This document shows, in pieces, positions 19,981-29,564 of a stretch of DNA of 64,000 bases. Every line of letters begins with the position of its first letter. Position 1 is the first letter of the stretch. This DNA is from Gemmatimonadota bacterium (GTDB lineage: Bacteria; Gemmatimonadota; Gemmatimonadetes; Longimicrobiales; Gaopeijiaceae): assembly GCA_030430625.1 (NCBI GenBank), contig JAUIKL010000005.1:7658-71657 (forward strand), written 5' to 3'. The notes below the pieces were generated by a model, which did not search any database, had not been told where the DNA came from, and saw only the letters and a program-made list of their open reading frames with translations. Both the position numbers and the translations under genes were made by a program.

Positions 19981-20837
19981 GCTTGGAGACTCAGATACGA
20001 GTTCAGGGCTTCGGGCCAGGCCTGCATCGATCGCCCGAGGACCTTCTCGGTCGACGACAGGGAGAGCACGGAGTAGGCGGGCCGGGGAGCCGGCGCGCCC
20101 CACTCCTCGGTCGAGACCCCCTCGAGCGTGGGCGTCAGGCCCCGGATACGGAAGATACCCGAAGCGAAGTCGAACCACGTCGCGGTCCCGGAATCGGCCA
20201 CATGATGGACCCCCTCTTCATTCCGTTCGACGAGGTCGATCAGCGCGGACGCCACGTTGAAGGCCCATGTCGGCCGCCCGACCTGATCGTCCACGACGCG
20301 GATCGCTCGTCCCTCCGAGGCCAGCCGAACCATCGTGTCGACGAAATTCGGTCCGTGCTGTCCGTACAGCCAGCCGGTCCGCACGATCAGCGCCCTCCCG
20401 TCGGTGAGGGCAGCGGCTTCGACCTCCCCGGCCAGCTTGCTCCGACCATAACTCGATCGAGGCCCGACAGCGGACGAGGGCGTGTAGGGGGTGGCGGCAC
20501 GCCCGTCGAAGACGTAGTCGCTCGAGACGTACAGAAGGCGACTCCCCCGCTCCGCGCAGGCCCGTGCCACGTTTCGGGTCCCCTCTCCATTGACCCGCAT
20601 AGCCCGGTCGGGCTCGGACTCGGCCCTGTCGACCGCCGTGTACGCGGCACAGTGAACGACCCAGTCGGGCGCGGCCGACCGGATGCGGGAGCGACACACC
20701 TCCGCGTTGGTCACGTCCAACTCCGCTCGCCCCCACGCGATCACCGTGTGCCCGCGCGCCCGCCCCGCTTCGACCACTTCGCTCCCCAACAAGCCGCGTG
20801 CCCCGGTCACGGCAATCGTGATCTCACTCCCTGTCAC
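19977..20837 (-). CDS. rfbD: dTDP-4-dehydrorhamnose reductase
   Basis: IAVTGARGLLGSEV, VHCAAYTAVDRAESEPD and YGRSKLAGE, typical of RmlD. 286 aa. Confidence 0.85.
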   Translation of the reverse strand: MTGSEITIAVTGARGLLGSEVVEAGRARGHTVIAWGRAELDVTNAEVCRSRIRSAAPDWVVHCAAYTAVDRAESEPDRAMRVNGEGTRNVARACAERGSRLLYVSSDYVFDGRAATPYTPSSAVGPRSSYGRSKLAGEVEAAALTDGRALIVRTGWLYGQHGPNFVDTMVRLASEGRAIRVVDDQVGRPTWAFNVASALIDLVERNEEGVHHVADSGTATWFDFASGIFRIRGLTPTLEGVSTEEWGAPAPRPAYSVLSLSSTEKVLGRSMQAWPEALNSYLSLQA

Positions 20838-20849
20838 GGTCGTCGCCCG

Positions 20850-21977
20850 CTAGCCGTTGACCAGCGAAGTGTAGAGATCCGCGAGCCGAGCCACGACGTT
20901 CGCGACGTCGACCTCGGCCGTCACCTTCGCCCCGTGCGCCCGGATGTCCTGGTGCACCTGGCGATCCTTCGACAGCCGAACGAGGTCCGCAGCAAAACGC
21001 TCAGGATGGCCCGAGACCATGGGGAGGCTCTCCGCCATGTCCTCCGACCACCCCCCGACTCCCTGCTGCAACTTGAGCGTGGGCAGCCCCGCAGCGATCG
21101 CCAGGAGCGCGGCGCGGGACCACGACGCCCAGGGCGAGGCATCGATGGCCACATCGCCCGCCGCCCAGATCGGCCCCGACTCGGTCCCGCGACCGAGAAA
21201 GACCACTGCGTCACCGAGGTTCAACTCCTCAGCCTTCCAGCGAGTCGATCCCTCGTAGCGGCCGGAGCCCACGATGAACATTCGCATGTTCGGATCCTCG
21301 ACCATGGCCAGGGACAGCCCGGTGAGGATTCGGTCCATCGCAGCGCCCGAGTCGAAGTTCGAGAGGAGCACGAAGGCCGTGTGATCGTCTTCCAGACCGA
21401 GCATGCGACGGATCGCCTCTCGTCCGGCCTGCTCGACGCGATCGCGCACGGCCGCTACGTCGATCGACGTCGGCAGCACCACAATGTGGCCGTCCGCGGC
21501 GTTGTAGGCCTTGAGCGCGAGCCCCCGGCTTCCCTCGTTGGGCACGATGAACCGAGTCGAGTGCCGACTGCGCGCCCTTCGCTCGAGGTGACGCAGGAGG
21601 CGCCCGCGCAGGTCCTTCTCGTGGTTCGGCGGCCGGGTCACACTGCGGACGACCGGGATCTCCCGTGGCGCCGCCAACTCCGCGACCGACCCACCCCACG
21701 ACCCGAAGCCGTGGACGAGGTCGGCCTTTGTGCTCTCGATCAGGTCCCGAACCTGCGAGACCGCCTGGAGCGTCCCCATCGGACCCACGAGTCCGAGGGC
21801 ATGCGTGGTGACCTTCAGCTCACGGATACGCGGGCCGAGTTCGTCCTGTCCCCCCAGAGTCACGACCTGGGGATCGAAGCTGGATCGCGAGAGGCGCCCG
21901 AGAATCGTCAACACCTCTTCGCCGAGGTCGTTGGCGGCCAGCGAGCCCATGATGTACAGAACGCGCGGTCGGTTCAT
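20850..21977 (-). CDS. glycosyltransferase family 4 (GT-B fold)
   Basis: 375 aa. N-terminus RVLYIMGSLAANDLGEEV and overall GT4-like layout. First gene of the minus-strand sugar operon. Confidence 0.7.
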   Translation of the reverse strand: MNRPRVLYIMGSLAANDLGEEVLTILGRLSRSSFDPQVVTLGGQDELGPRIRELKVTTHALGLVGPMGTLQAVSQVRDLIESTKADLVHGFGSWGGSVAELAAPREIPVVRSVTRPPNHEKDLRGRLLRHLERRARSRHSTRFIVPNEGSRGLALKAYNAADGHIVVLPTSIDVAAVRDRVEQAGREAIRRMLGLEDDHTAFVLLSNFDSGAAMDRILTGLSLAMVEDPNMRMFIVGSGRYEGSTRWKAEELNLGDAVVFLGRGTESGPIWAAGDVAIDASPWASWSRAALLAIAAGLPTLKLQQGVGGWSEDMAESLPMVSGHPERFAADLVRLSKDRQVHQDIRAHGAKVTAEVDVANVVARLADLYTSLVNG

Positions 21978-22040
21978 GCTTAGGCAGCTAACGGTGCGGA
22001 GCTACCCTCACAAGGTACATCATTCCCCCCGCATATGGCG

Positions 22041-22078
22041 CAAGAAAACGCCCCCCGGGACCGAAGTCCCGAGGGGCG
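22041..22078 (-). terminator. intrinsic terminator downstream of rpmB
   Basis: Minus strand reads CGCCCCTCGGGACTTCGGTCCCGGGGGGCG followed by TTTTCTTG. GC-rich 12-bp stem with one mismatch, 24 nt after the rpmB stop. Confidence 0.8.
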
Positions 22079-22101
22079 CTCCATCACGAGCAGCCCGCCG
22101 C

Positions 22102-22317
22102 TCAGCTCTCGACTAGAGAGACCGGGGGTGCCTTGCGGATCTTCTCGGCCGAGATGCACCGGGTGCAGACCCGGACCCGACGGCGGTCACCGTTCTCGTC
22201 CACGATCTTCACGGTCTGGAGATTCGGCAGCCAGCGCCGACGCGTCTTGTTGTGCGCGTGGCTGACATTGTTTCCAGTGGCGGGACCTTTGCCACAGGAG
22301 TAGCAGACTCGGGCCAT
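22102..22317 (-). CDS. rpmB: 50S ribosomal protein L28
   Basis: [34 protein letters not shown] is the canonical L28 N-terminus. Confidence 0.95.
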   Translation of the reverse strand: MARVCYSCGKGPATGNNVSHAHNKTRRRWLPNLQTVKIVDENGDRRRVRVCTRCISAEKIRKAPPVSLVES

Positions 22318-22356
22318 CGTTCTATCGCAATCGTTGAAGGTTCTGAGTCGACGGCG

Positions 22357-22917
22357 TCAGTTGCCGCCGTCCATATCGCCGCCGCCCATGTCACCGCCCT
22401 GCACCTCGACGGTCTCCGCCCGCACCAGGTGCGTAGCGAACTCGGCGACGATCCGGTCGTTCTCCGAGATCGATCCCTGGGCCGCCCAGGCTTCGATGGC
22501 GGACAGATCGACCGTGCGCATCTCACCCGTGACGACCACTTGATCGCCCTGGCTCACCGTCACGCCCTCGGCGAGAAGTTCCGGCGACCAGCTCACGAGG
22601 AACGGACCGGACGGCGTGTTGAGCCAGAAGCCCTGCGTTCCGAGCAGAGAGGCGACTTCCATCCGGGGCGTCCGGATGGTCTCACCGACATGGTCGTCGG
22701 CGTTGAAGCCGTTCTCGATGTCACCGAGCATGACCTCGGCGACCGTCGATCCGACCGGCTCCTCGGGCATCTCTTCCTCGACGACTTCGCGGAGCGCGCG
22801 CTCTTCCGCAGCTTCGCCGTTGAGCCAAAACATGAAGCCACCGATGACCGCAAAGGCGACGATCATCAGAATCGTCCCCATGTCCGCGGCACCGCGGCGA
22901 GAGGCGTGGTGAGGCAT
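22357..22917 (-). CDS. hypothetical single-pass membrane protein
   Basis: Part of ORF 22357..23076. ATG at 22917 is preceded by GAAGGAA. One TM segment (ILMIVAFAVIGGFMFWL), an acidic linker, and a C-terminal GGDMGGGDMDGGN tail. I do not recognise a family. Confidence 0.6.
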   Translation of the reverse strand: MPHHASRRGAADMGTILMIVAFAVIGGFMFWLNGEAAEERALREVVEEEMPEEPVGSTVAEVMLGDIENGFNADDHVGETIRTPRMEVASLLGTQGFWLNTPSGPFLVSWSPELLAEGVTVSQGDQVVVTGEMRTVDLSAIEAWAAQGSISENDRIVAEFATHLVRAETVEVQGGDMGGGDMDGGN

Positions 22918-22963
22918 TTCCTTCGTCCTGTTACGTAAAGGGGCGTCGTTCGCGGCGAGCAAC

Positions 22964-23317
22964 CTAACTGACCAGTTCGATGAGCGACATCTCTGCTGCG
23001 TCACCTTTTCGGTTGCCCAATTTGAGCACGCGGGTGTACCCACCCGGGCGCTCGGCATACCGCGGCGCGATGTCATCGAACAGCTTACCCAGCACCTGAC
23101 GGTCCTGGATCTTCGTGGCGGCCAGGCGCCGACTGTGGACGTCGCCCCGACGCGCGAGCGTGATCAACCGCTCGGCGTACGGACGGAGTTCCTTGGCCTT
23201 GGCCGTCGTCGTCTCGATCCGCTCGTGGCGGAAGAGCGAGGTGGCCAGATTGCGCATGGTCGCCTTCTTGTGGCTCCGCGTGCGCGACAGCTGTCTTCCC
23301 TTCTTACGGTGCCGCAC
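22964..23317 (-). CDS. rplQ: 50S ribosomal protein L17
   Basis: [37 protein letters not shown], follows rpoA. Confidence 0.95.
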   Translation of the reverse strand: MRHRKKGRQLSRTRSHKKATMRNLATSLFRHERIETTTAKAKELRPYAERLITLARRGDVHSRRLAATKIQDRQVLGKLFDDIAPRYAERPGGYTRVLKLGNRKGDAAEMSLIELVS

Positions 23318-23319
23318 GG

Positions 23320-24363
23320 TTACTCCTCGCCGCTCGTCGCGGCTTCTGCCTCGTCTTCCACGAAGAAGAGGCGACCGTCCTCTCCCTGCTCCAACTGCAT
23401 CCCGAAGCGCAGGTTGTGCTCCTCGAGGAAGTCGGAGATCTCCTTGAGCGACTTCTTACCGAAGTTCTCGATCTGCAGCATGGCCTCTTCGGTCCGCTGC
23501 ACCAGATCACCGAGCGTGCTGATGCTCTCCTTCTGGAGAGAGTTACGCGAGCGCACCGAGAGCTCGGCGAGGTCCTCGATGGGACGCTCGAAGAGGTCCT
23601 GTAGGCGCTCGGGCACCGGCGACGCACCCGGAGGCGCGACCTCGGGAATGCCACCCTCGCCGAAGTACAGCATGTACTCGAGGTGCTTCCGAACCAGGCC
23701 GGCCGCGTAGGCCACAGCGCCTTCGGGGTCGATCGATCCGTCGGTCTCGATGTGCAGGGTGAGCCGATCGAAGTCGGTGCGCTGGCCGACCCGGGTCTCC
23801 TCGACCTGGAAGTTGGCGCGGCGGACCGGGTTGTAGATCGAGTCGATCCGAACGAGGTCGACTGGTGCTCCCCGCGGAATCGGATGCGCATCGGCCAGGA
23901 CGAAGCCCCGTCCCTTGTTCACGTACAGCTCGACGTTGATCGAGCGGTCTTCCTGAAGCGTGAACAGGTGGTGATCCGGGTCCATGATGGCCGAGCCAGC
24001 AGCCGGCTGAATCATCGAAGCCGTCACCGGACCGGCCTTCTCGATGTGCATCTCCATCACGGCTTCCTCGACGTCGTCGTCGAGGGTCACGACCAGCGAC
24101 TTCAGGTTCTGAATGACCTGGTGGACGTCTTCGACGACGCCCTGAATGGTCTGATGCTCGTGAACGACACCATCGATCCGGAAGGCCCACACCGCCGAAC
24201 CACGCAGCGACGAGAGCAGTACGCGCCGGACCGAGTTGCCGAGCGTGTGGCCGAAGCCCCGCTCGAGCGGCTCGATCACGAACTGAGCCGACCGAGCACC
24301 ATCCTGCGGGTCGAGGTTCTCGACGCGCTCGGGCAGTACCAGTCCGGTCAGATCTAGATCCAC
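23320..24363 (-). CDS. rpoA: DNA-directed RNA polymerase alpha subunit
   Basis: [21 protein letters not shown] and the C-terminal domain [24 protein letters not shown] at 24363 lies 4 nt after AGGAGGA. The tracked ATG at 24396 would sit upstream of this SD. Confidence 0.93.
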   Translation of the reverse strand: MDLDLTGLVLPERVENLDPQDGARSAQFVIEPLERGFGHTLGNSVRRVLLSSLRGSAVWAFRIDGVVHEHQTIQGVVEDVHQVIQNLKSLVVTLDDDVEEAVMEMHIEKAGPVTASMIQPAAGSAIMDPDHHLFTLQEDRSINVELYVNKGRGFVLADAHPIPRGAPVDLVRIDSIYNPVRRANFQVEETRVGQRTDFDRLTLHIETDGSIDPEGAVAYAAGLVRKHLEYMLYFGEGGIPEVAPPGASPVPERLQDLFERPIEDLAELSVRSRNSLQKESISTLGDLVQRTEEAMLQIENFGKKSLKEISDFLEEHNLRFGMQLEQGEDGRLFFVEDEAEAATSGEE

Positions 24364-24424
24364 AATGTCCTCCTGAGTGCACCAATTGGCGCCCACCCTC
24401 CCCTACGGGACGGGGGCGAAGGCA

Positions 24425-25060
24425 TTACTTCGAGTAGAGCTCCACGATGAGCTGCTCCTGGATGGAGCTGTCGATGTCGGTCCGCATCGGAGCGCGGACC
24501 ATCCGACCGACGCGCTGCTTGTCGTCAAGCGCGAGCCACTCGGGGAGCTTGGGGCGAGTCCGCGCCTCGAGGGCCGACTCGATCGCAACGAGCTTCTTCG
24601 ACTTGGCTTTGACCGAGATCTCGTCGCCCTGGCTCACGCGGAAGCTCGGGACGTCGACGACCCCGCCGTTGACTTCGACGTGGCGGTGTCGGACGAGCTG
24701 GCGTGCCTGGTTCCGGCTCTGAGCGAAGCCCATCCGGAAGACGATGTTGTCCAACCGCGACTCGAGCGCGACGAGGAGGTTGTCACCCGTGACGCCCGGA
24801 ATGTGGTTGGCGTACTCGAACAGGCTGCGGAACTGCCGTTCGGCGAGGCCGTAGATCCGCTTCACCTTCTGCTTCTCGCGAAGCTGAACGGCGTAGTCGG
24901 ACTGCTTCCGACGGCGAGCCTGGGCGGGGCCATGCTGACCCGGCGGGTAGGCGCGACGGTCGATCGGGCACTTGTCGGTGTAGCACTTCTGACCCTTCAA
25001 GAAGAGCTTCTGTCCCTCGCGGCGGCAGAGCTTGCAGACGGGTCCGGTGTAGCGAGCCAT
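24425..25060 (-). CDS. rpsD: 30S ribosomal protein S4
   Basis: MARYTGPVCKLCRREGQKLFLKGQKCYTDKCP is the Zn-ribbon-type S4 N-terminus. Confidence 0.95.
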   Translation of the reverse strand: MARYTGPVCKLCRREGQKLFLKGQKCYTDKCPIDRRAYPPGQHGPAQARRRKQSDYAVQLREKQKVKRIYGLAERQFRSLFEYANHIPGVTGDNLLVALESRLDNIVFRMGFAQSRNQARQLVRHRHVEVNGGVVDVPSFRVSQGDEISVKAKSKKLVAIESALEARTRPKLPEWLALDDKQRVGRMVRAPMRTDIDSSIQEQLIVELYSK

Positions 25061-25072
25061 ATCGTTGTTCCC

Positions 25073-25462
25073 TTAGACCCGGCGCTTCTTCGGCGGGCGG
25101 CAGCCGTTGTGCGGAAGAGGAGTCACGTCGAGGATGGACTTGATGAAGAGGCCGGCGGCGGCGAGCGCCTGGATGGCGGACTCACGACCCGAACCGGGCC
25201 CCTGTACACGCACGTCGACACGGCGGACGCCCATGGCGACCGCTTCACGACCGGCCTGCTCACCCGCGACCGTGGCGGCGAACGGGGTCGACTTCTTCGA
25301 CCCCTTGAACCCGGCCTTCCCGGCGCTGGCCCAAACGATCGTGTTGCCGGCGTTGTCCGTGATCGTGATCACGGTGTTGTTGAACGTCGCTTTGACGTGA
25401 GCGACGCCCTCTGCCTCGACGACCTTCTTCGAGCGCTTGGGGCGACTGGTTGGCTTGGCCAC
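25073..25462 (-). CDS. rpsK: 30S ribosomal protein S11
   Basis: [30 protein letters not shown]...[16 protein letters not shown]. Confidence 0.95.
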   Translation of the reverse strand: MAKPTSRPKRSKKVVEAEGVAHVKATFNNTVITITDNAGNTIVWASAGKAGFKGSKKSTPFAATVAGEQAGREAVAMGVRRVDVRVQGPGSGRESAIQALAAAGLFIKSILDVTPLPHNGCRPPKKRRV

Positions 25463-25544
25463 GTGCTTGTGTCCTCTTCCCTTCGGATGTCCTGCGATTC
25501 AATGCGCCGAGGGCCGACCCGAAGGTCACCGTCCGGCGTGTGGA

Positions 25545-25925
25545 TTACTTCCTGGGCGGCGCCTTCTTACCGGCGATCGCCCGACGCTTCCCTTTGTGGG
25601 TGCGGGCGTTCGTGCTCGTGCGCTGCCCGCGAACGGGAAGCCCACGGCGATGCCGGAGGCCGCGGTAGCAGCCGATGTCCATCAGCCGCTTGATGTTCAT
25701 GGAGCGCTCGGTACGGAGGGCCCCTTCGACCTTGTAGTTCCCCTCGATCTGACGACGGAGACGGTTCACGTCGTCGTCGTCGATATCCTGGGTCCGGCGG
25801 TTCGGATCGACGTCACACGCTTCCAGAATTTGCTTCGCGCGGGTCGGGCCGATCCCGTAGATGTACGTGAGCGCGACTTCGATTCTCTTGCCGCGCGGCA
25901 GGTCTACGCCAGCGATGCGTGCCAT
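25545..25925 (-). CDS. rpsM: 30S ribosomal protein S13
   Basis: [34 protein letters not shown]. Confidence 0.95.
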   Translation of the reverse strand: MARIAGVDLPRGKRIEVALTYIYGIGPTRAKQILEACDVDPNRRTQDIDDDDVNRLRRQIEGNYKVEGALRTERSMNIKRLMDIGCYRGLRHRRGLPVRGQRTSTNARTHKGKRRAIAGKKAPPRK

Positions 25926-25929
25926 GATC

Positions 25930-26046
25930 TTATCCCTGACGTTGCTTGTGCTTGGGGTTCCTGGAGCAGATGACTCGGACGACCCCCTTGCGGCGGATCA
26001 CCTTGCAGTGCTCGCAGATTGGTTTCACGCTGCTGCGGACCTTCAC
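25930..26046 (-). CDS. rpmJ: 50S ribosomal protein L36
   Basis: Not in the ORF track (38 aa). Manual translation from GTG 26046 gives (M)[37 protein letters not shown], then TAA at 25932-25930. Confidence 0.9.
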   Translation of the reverse strand: MKVRSSVKPICEHCKVIRRKGVVRVICSRNPKHKQRQG

Positions 26047-26106
26047 GAGAATCTCCCCATCCGTGTGTAGCAGAGCCGAATAGTATAACCAGGCACTTTG
26101 GGGGCT

Positions 26107-26901
26107 TCAACCGGCGGACGGGATGTCCGCGCCCGCTGCGACGGGCCAATCCGCCGCAGTGAGGACCCGGGGCCCATCCGAAGTGATTCCCACAGTGTGC
26201 TCGAAGTGTGCGGAGAGCGAACGATCGGCGGTGACCACCGTCCATCCGTCCCCCAGCGTCTTGATCCGAGGTGTTCCCGCCGAGAGCATCGGTTCGATGG
26301 CGAGCACCATTCCGTCCCGGAGCAGCGGCCCGTGGCCCCGACGGCCGTGGTTCGGGACCTGCGGCTCCTCGTGGAGCTCGCGGCCGACGCCGTGCCCCAC
26401 GAGTTCGCGGATGATTCCGTAGCCGGTGCCGTTGACGACGTCGACGACGGCAGCACCGATGTCACCGATGTGGTTGCCCACGACGGCGGCCTCGATCTGG
26501 CGCTCCAGCGACTCGCTCGTGACCCGCATGAGTTCGGTGGCCTCCGCGGAAACCTCTCCGACCGCGAAGGTCCGCGCAGAGTCCGAGTACCATCCGTCCA
26601 GGCGTACGCCGACATCGATGGAAACGATGTCGCCCTCGTCGAGAATCCGGTCCCGTGAGGGAATCCCGTGGACGACCTCGTCGTTCACCGAGATGCAGAC
26701 GCTGCCGGGGAAGCCATACAGGCCCTTGAACGCGGGGATCGCCCCTTCGTGGGACACGATGAACTCTTCGGCAAACGCGTCGAGCTCTCCCGTCGACACC
26801 CCTGGGCGGACATGGTCCGGAAGGGTGTCGTGCAGCTTCCCGATGATGGACCCCGCCTGAGCGATGGTGTCCATCTCCGTACGCGTGCGAAGGTGGATCA
26901 C
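26107..26901 (-). CDS. map: type I methionine aminopeptidase
   Basis: Part of ORF 26107..27168. GTG at 26901 overlaps the adk stop (GTGA). Motifs VVHGIPS, ISIDVGVRLDGWYSDSARTFAVG, HGVGRELHEEPQV, LAIEPM. Confidence 0.9.
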   Translation of the reverse strand: MIHLRTRTEMDTIAQAGSIIGKLHDTLPDHVRPGVSTGELDAFAEEFIVSHEGAIPAFKGLYGFPGSVCISVNDEVVHGIPSRDRILDEGDIVSIDVGVRLDGWYSDSARTFAVGEVSAEATELMRVTSESLERQIEAAVVGNHIGDIGAAVVDVVNGTGYGIIRELVGHGVGRELHEEPQVPNHGRRGHGPLLRDGMVLAIEPMLSAGTPRIKTLGDGWTVVTADRSLSAHFEHTVGITSDGPRVLTAADWPVAAGADIPSAG

Positions 26902-27554
26902 GACGCCTGCGTCTCCACCGCCGAACGGAAATCGGTGAACACGTCCTCGACGGGACGATCGGCGCGAACCCGCGACAGCGGAGCTTCGTGCTCGTCGTAG
27001 AAGTCGATGAGCGGAGCGGTCTGGTCCAGGTACACCTCCAGGCGCCGCGCGACGGTCTCGGGGGTGTCGTCCTTTCGGTGGACCAACGATCCACCGCACC
27101 GATCGCACACGCCTTCGGAGGCCGGGGGGCTGAAGAAGGTGTTGTACACAGCCCCACAGTCCGGGCAACTCCGTCGGCCGCTGAGGCGCTGGATCAACGT
27201 CTCGTCCGGCGCCTCGAAGAGGACCACCGCGTCGACGCGACGTCCGATCGACTCGAGTGCCCCGTCGAGACCGGCCGCCTGGTCGGTGGTGCGCGGGAAT
27301 CCGTCGAAGAGGACGTCCCGGTCGGCGTCCACTCCCGCCAGGTGATCTTTCACCAGGTTCAGGATCAGGTCGTCGGGGACCAACTCACCACGGTCCATAT
27401 AGCCCTGAGCGAGCTGTCCCAACTCGGTACCCTCGCGACGCGCGGCCCGAAGGAGGTCTCCCGTCGAGACGTGTTCGGCGCCGAGGTCGTCCACGAGGCG
27501 GACGGCCTGGGTGCCCTTCCCGACACCGGGAGGACCCAGGAGGACGATAACCAT
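26898..27554 (-). CDS. adk: adenylate kinase (zinc-lid type)
   Basis: P-loop LLGPPGVGKGTQA. Lid CPDCGAVYN...CDRCGGSLVHRKDD. Confidence 0.95.
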   Translation of the reverse strand: MVIVLLGPPGVGKGTQAVRLVDDLGAEHVSTGDLLRAARREGTELGQLAQGYMDRGELVPDDLILNLVKDHLAGVDADRDVLFDGFPRTTDQAAGLDGALESIGRRVDAVVLFEAPDETLIQRLSGRRSCPDCGAVYNTFFSPPASEGVCDRCGGSLVHRKDDTPETVARRLEVYLDQTAPLIDFYDEHEAPLSRVRADRPVEDVFTDFRSAVETQAS

Positions 27555-27574
27555 CGTTCAGCTCACCACTTCGA

Positions 27575-28894
27575 CTACATGTACCGCTGGCGACCACGCA
27601 TCTTCACGCGCCCCTTCTTCATGAAGCCGTCGTAGTGCCTCAGGAGAAGGAGCTGCTGGGCCTGCTGAACGGTGTCCAGCCCGACCCCGACGACGATGAG
27701 GAGACTCGTGCCGCCGAAGAAGAAGGTGTTGATCCCGAACGCGCGGATGATCCAGAAGGGCACCAGGGCGATAAGGGCCAGATAGATGGCCCCGGGGAGC
27801 GTCACCCTCGTCAGGACGCGGTCGATGTACTCGGCCGTCCTGGCGCCCGGCTTCACGCCGGGAATGAAGGCACCCTGCTTCTTCAGGTTCTCGGCGAGAT
27901 CGACCGGGTTGAAGATGATCGCCGTGTAGAAGTAGGTGAAGAACAGGATCAACAAACCGTACGTGATGTCGTATCCCAGCGTCTGGGGCTGGAACATGTC
28001 GGCCATGGTCTGGATCCAACCGACGCTCGGGAAGAGCGCGGTCGCCGTACCCGGGACGACGATGAACGACTGCGCGAAGATGATCGGCATGACGCCGGCC
28101 GAGTTCACACGCAGCGGAATGAAGCTCTTCTGGCCCTCTCGAATCCGACCACGGCCCACGACCTTCCGCGGGATCTGCACCGGGATCTTACGAGCGGCCA
28201 TGGTCATGGCCGTCACGGCCGCCGTGATGAAGATGACGACCGCACCGAGCAGGGCGAGCGAGAAGAGGCCGATCTCGCCGAGGGTGAAAGACTCATACGT
28301 CCGACCGAGCGCGGACGGGAAGGTCTCGATGATCGAGAAGAAGATCAGGAGCGACATCCCGTTCCCGATGCCGCGATCCGTGATCTGCTCACCGAGCCAC
28401 ATCACGAAGATCGCACCGACGGTCAACACGATCACGGTCGTGGCCGTGAACATGAAGCCCGGGTTCGCCACGGCGCCCGGAATCGACTGCAGGAAGACCG
28501 AGTACCCGTACGCCTGCGCGGCGGAGAGACCCACCGTGGTGTAACGCGTCCACTGGGTCAGCTTCTTGCGGCCGTCCTCACCTTCCTTCTGCAGCTTCTC
28601 GATCGTCGGGAACACCGCCGCGAGCAGCTGGAACATGATGCTCGCGGAGATATACGGCATGATCCCGAGCGCCAGAATGGTCGCCCGGGAGAGCCCGCCG
28701 CCCACGAACATGTCGTAGATGCCGAAGAACGTGTTCTGGAGCGCACCGAACGCCTGCCGGAGCGCATTCACGTCGAGGCCCGGCACGGTGATGTGCGCAC
28801 CGGTCCGGTAGATGAGGAGGATGAACAAGGTGAAGAGAATCTTCTCCTTGAGCTCCGGTGCCCTCATCAGGTTGGCGACGGGGTTGTTGGCCAT
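27575..28894 (-). CDS. secY: preprotein translocase subunit SecY
   Basis: 439 aa, 10-TM pattern. LGIMPYISASIMFQLL and GIRPG-like FIPGVKPGARTAEYI motifs. Position between rplO and adk. Confidence 0.95.
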   Translation of the reverse strand: MANNPVANLMRAPELKEKILFTLFILLIYRTGAHITVPGLDVNALRQAFGALQNTFFGIYDMFVGGGLSRATILALGIMPYISASIMFQLLAAVFPTIEKLQKEGEDGRKKLTQWTRYTTVGLSAAQAYGYSVFLQSIPGAVANPGFMFTATTVIVLTVGAIFVMWLGEQITDRGIGNGMSLLIFFSIIETFPSALGRTYESFTLGEIGLFSLALLGAVVIFITAAVTAMTMAARKIPVQIPRKVVGRGRIREGQKSFIPLRVNSAGVMPIIFAQSFIVVPGTATALFPSVGWIQTMADMFQPQTLGYDITYGLLILFFTYFYTAIIFNPVDLAENLKKQGAFIPGVKPGARTAEYIDRVLTRVTLPGAIYLALIALVPFWIIRAFGINTFFFGGTSLLIVVGVGLDTVQQAQQLLLLRHYDGFMKKGRVKMRGRQRYM

Positions 28895-28905
28895 TCTGGA
28901 CTCCG

Positions 28906-29364
28906 CTAGTCGTCGGAGGCGTCGGCGCCGATCACGGACACCGTACCCCCGGCCGCCTCGATCTTCGACTGAGCCGAAGCGCTGAACTTGTGGGCGGACA
29001 CCGTCAGCTTCTCGGAGACCTCACCGATTCCGAGAATCTTCACGGGCAACTTGAGGGACCGGACGAGCCCAGCGGCCTTCAGCGACTCGGGCGACACGTC
29101 CCCTTCGACGCGGCCCAGGTCGCGGACATTGACCACCTGATACTCGACGCGGTTGATGTTCTTGAAGCCGCGCTTCGGGATCCGGCGAATGAGCGGCATC
29201 TGACCGCCCTCGAAGCGCGGGTGCACGCTTCCACCGGACCGGGACTTCTGACCCTTCTGGCCACGTCCCGCCGTCTTGCCGTTCCCCGAACCGGGGCCGC
29301 GCCCCTTCCGCTTACCGGCCTTCGTCGAACCCGTGCTCGGGCTCAGATCGTGCAACTCTGCCAT
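28906..29364 (-). CDS. rplO: 50S ribosomal protein L15
   Basis: [42 protein letters not shown]. Confidence 0.95.
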   Translation of the reverse strand: MAELHDLSPSTGSTKAGKRKGRGPGSGNGKTAGRGQKGQKSRSGGSVHPRFEGGQMPLIRRIPKRGFKNINRVEYQVVNVRDLGRVEGDVSPESLKAAGLVRSLKLPVKILGIGEVSEKLTVSAHKFSASAQSKIEAAGGTVSVIGADASDD

Positions 29365-29366
29365 TT

Positions 29367-29564
29367 CTATTCGACCTCTTCGACGTCGATCATGAAGGAG
29401 ACCTTGCGAATCATCCCCTCGATGGCCGGCGTGAGCTCATGGACTACGCTCTGCTGATGGCGTTTGATCCCGAGCGCGCGAATCGTCCGCCGGTGCTGCT
29501 CCTGACGGCCGATCCCGCTGCGCTTCTGCGTGATCTTCACCTTCTTCACTGCACTCTTAGCCAC
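29367..29564 (-). CDS. rpmD: 50S ribosomal protein L30
   Basis: GTG at 29564 gives (M)[39 protein letters not shown]. Overlaps the rpsE 3' end by 8 nt. The longer tracked start (29597) is unlikely. Confidence 0.88.
   Translation of the reverse strand: MAKSAVKKVKITQKRSGIGRQEQHRRTIRALGIKRHQQSVVHELTPAIEGMIRKVSFMIDVEEVE

Noticed and set aside
26047-26106. Missing infA (IF-1) between map and rpmJ, where it sits in many spc/alpha operons.
   Set aside because: The 60-nt gap cannot hold infA. infA is located elsewhere in many bacteria (for example E. coli), so its absence here is not unusual.
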